Source: a virus (taxonomy: Duplodnaviria; Caudoviricetes). Taken from it: DNA of 34,085 nucleotides. The stretch spans positions 1 to 34,085 of the IMG/VR virus record IMGVR_UViG_3300024187_000017, one strand, 5' to 3'. The notes beneath the pieces are model-generated. The model was not told the DNA's origin. It ran no database searches and was given only the letters and a program-made list of their open reading frames with translations. Shown piece after piece: positions 34,056-34,085 of the stretch. Position 1 is the stretch's first letter. Every line of letters begins with the position of its first letter. A program made the translations under genes and the position numbers.

Positions 34056-34085
34056 TTCAAAAACCTGGGATTTTTCGCGCGGGGG

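Larger units (their letters stand above)
1..34085 (-). mobile_element. HK97-like siphovirus or prophage late (morphogenesis and lysis) region
   Basis: Canonical TerS-TerL-portal-protease-capsid-neck-tail order, all on one strand with overlapping start/stop codons. Confidence 0.95.

Noticed and set aside
1-34085. tRNA, rRNA or strong rho-independent terminators
   Set aside because: No cloverleaf or rRNA signatures noticed, and the hairpins found lack clear U-tracts on the coding strand

Overview
The window is one minus-strand late operon of an HK97-like long-tailed (siphovirus-type) phage or prophage, GC-rich and probably infecting a diderm host (lipoprotein and Tat/Sec signals; host not identifiable from the sequence). 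Read from right to left it encodes: a DUF5664-like dATP/dGTP diphosphohydrolase, P27-family TerS, a possible TerS paralog, TerL, portal, prohead protease, HK97-fold major capsid, head-tail connector and head closure; then a ~5.3 kb insert with five glycosyltransferases; then tail terminator, tail tube, tail chaperone with a likely -1 frameshift, a displaced HK97-gp10-like gene, tape measure, tail tip/fibre proteins, and a lysis/accessory block (holin- and spanin-like genes plus a Tad1 anti-Thoeris sponge homolog). The most unusual items are (1) a prohead protease fused to a 13-Cys four-helix bundle resembling copper storage proteins (Csp3/YhjQ), (2) five glycosyltransferases translationally coupled inside the neck module, a candidate virion glycosylation system, (3) tad1 split by a perfect 22-bp tandem duplication that also creates a new in-frame ATG, and (4) structural-looking proteins with Tat or Sec export signals. 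All family calls come from motif recognition by eye; no searches were run.
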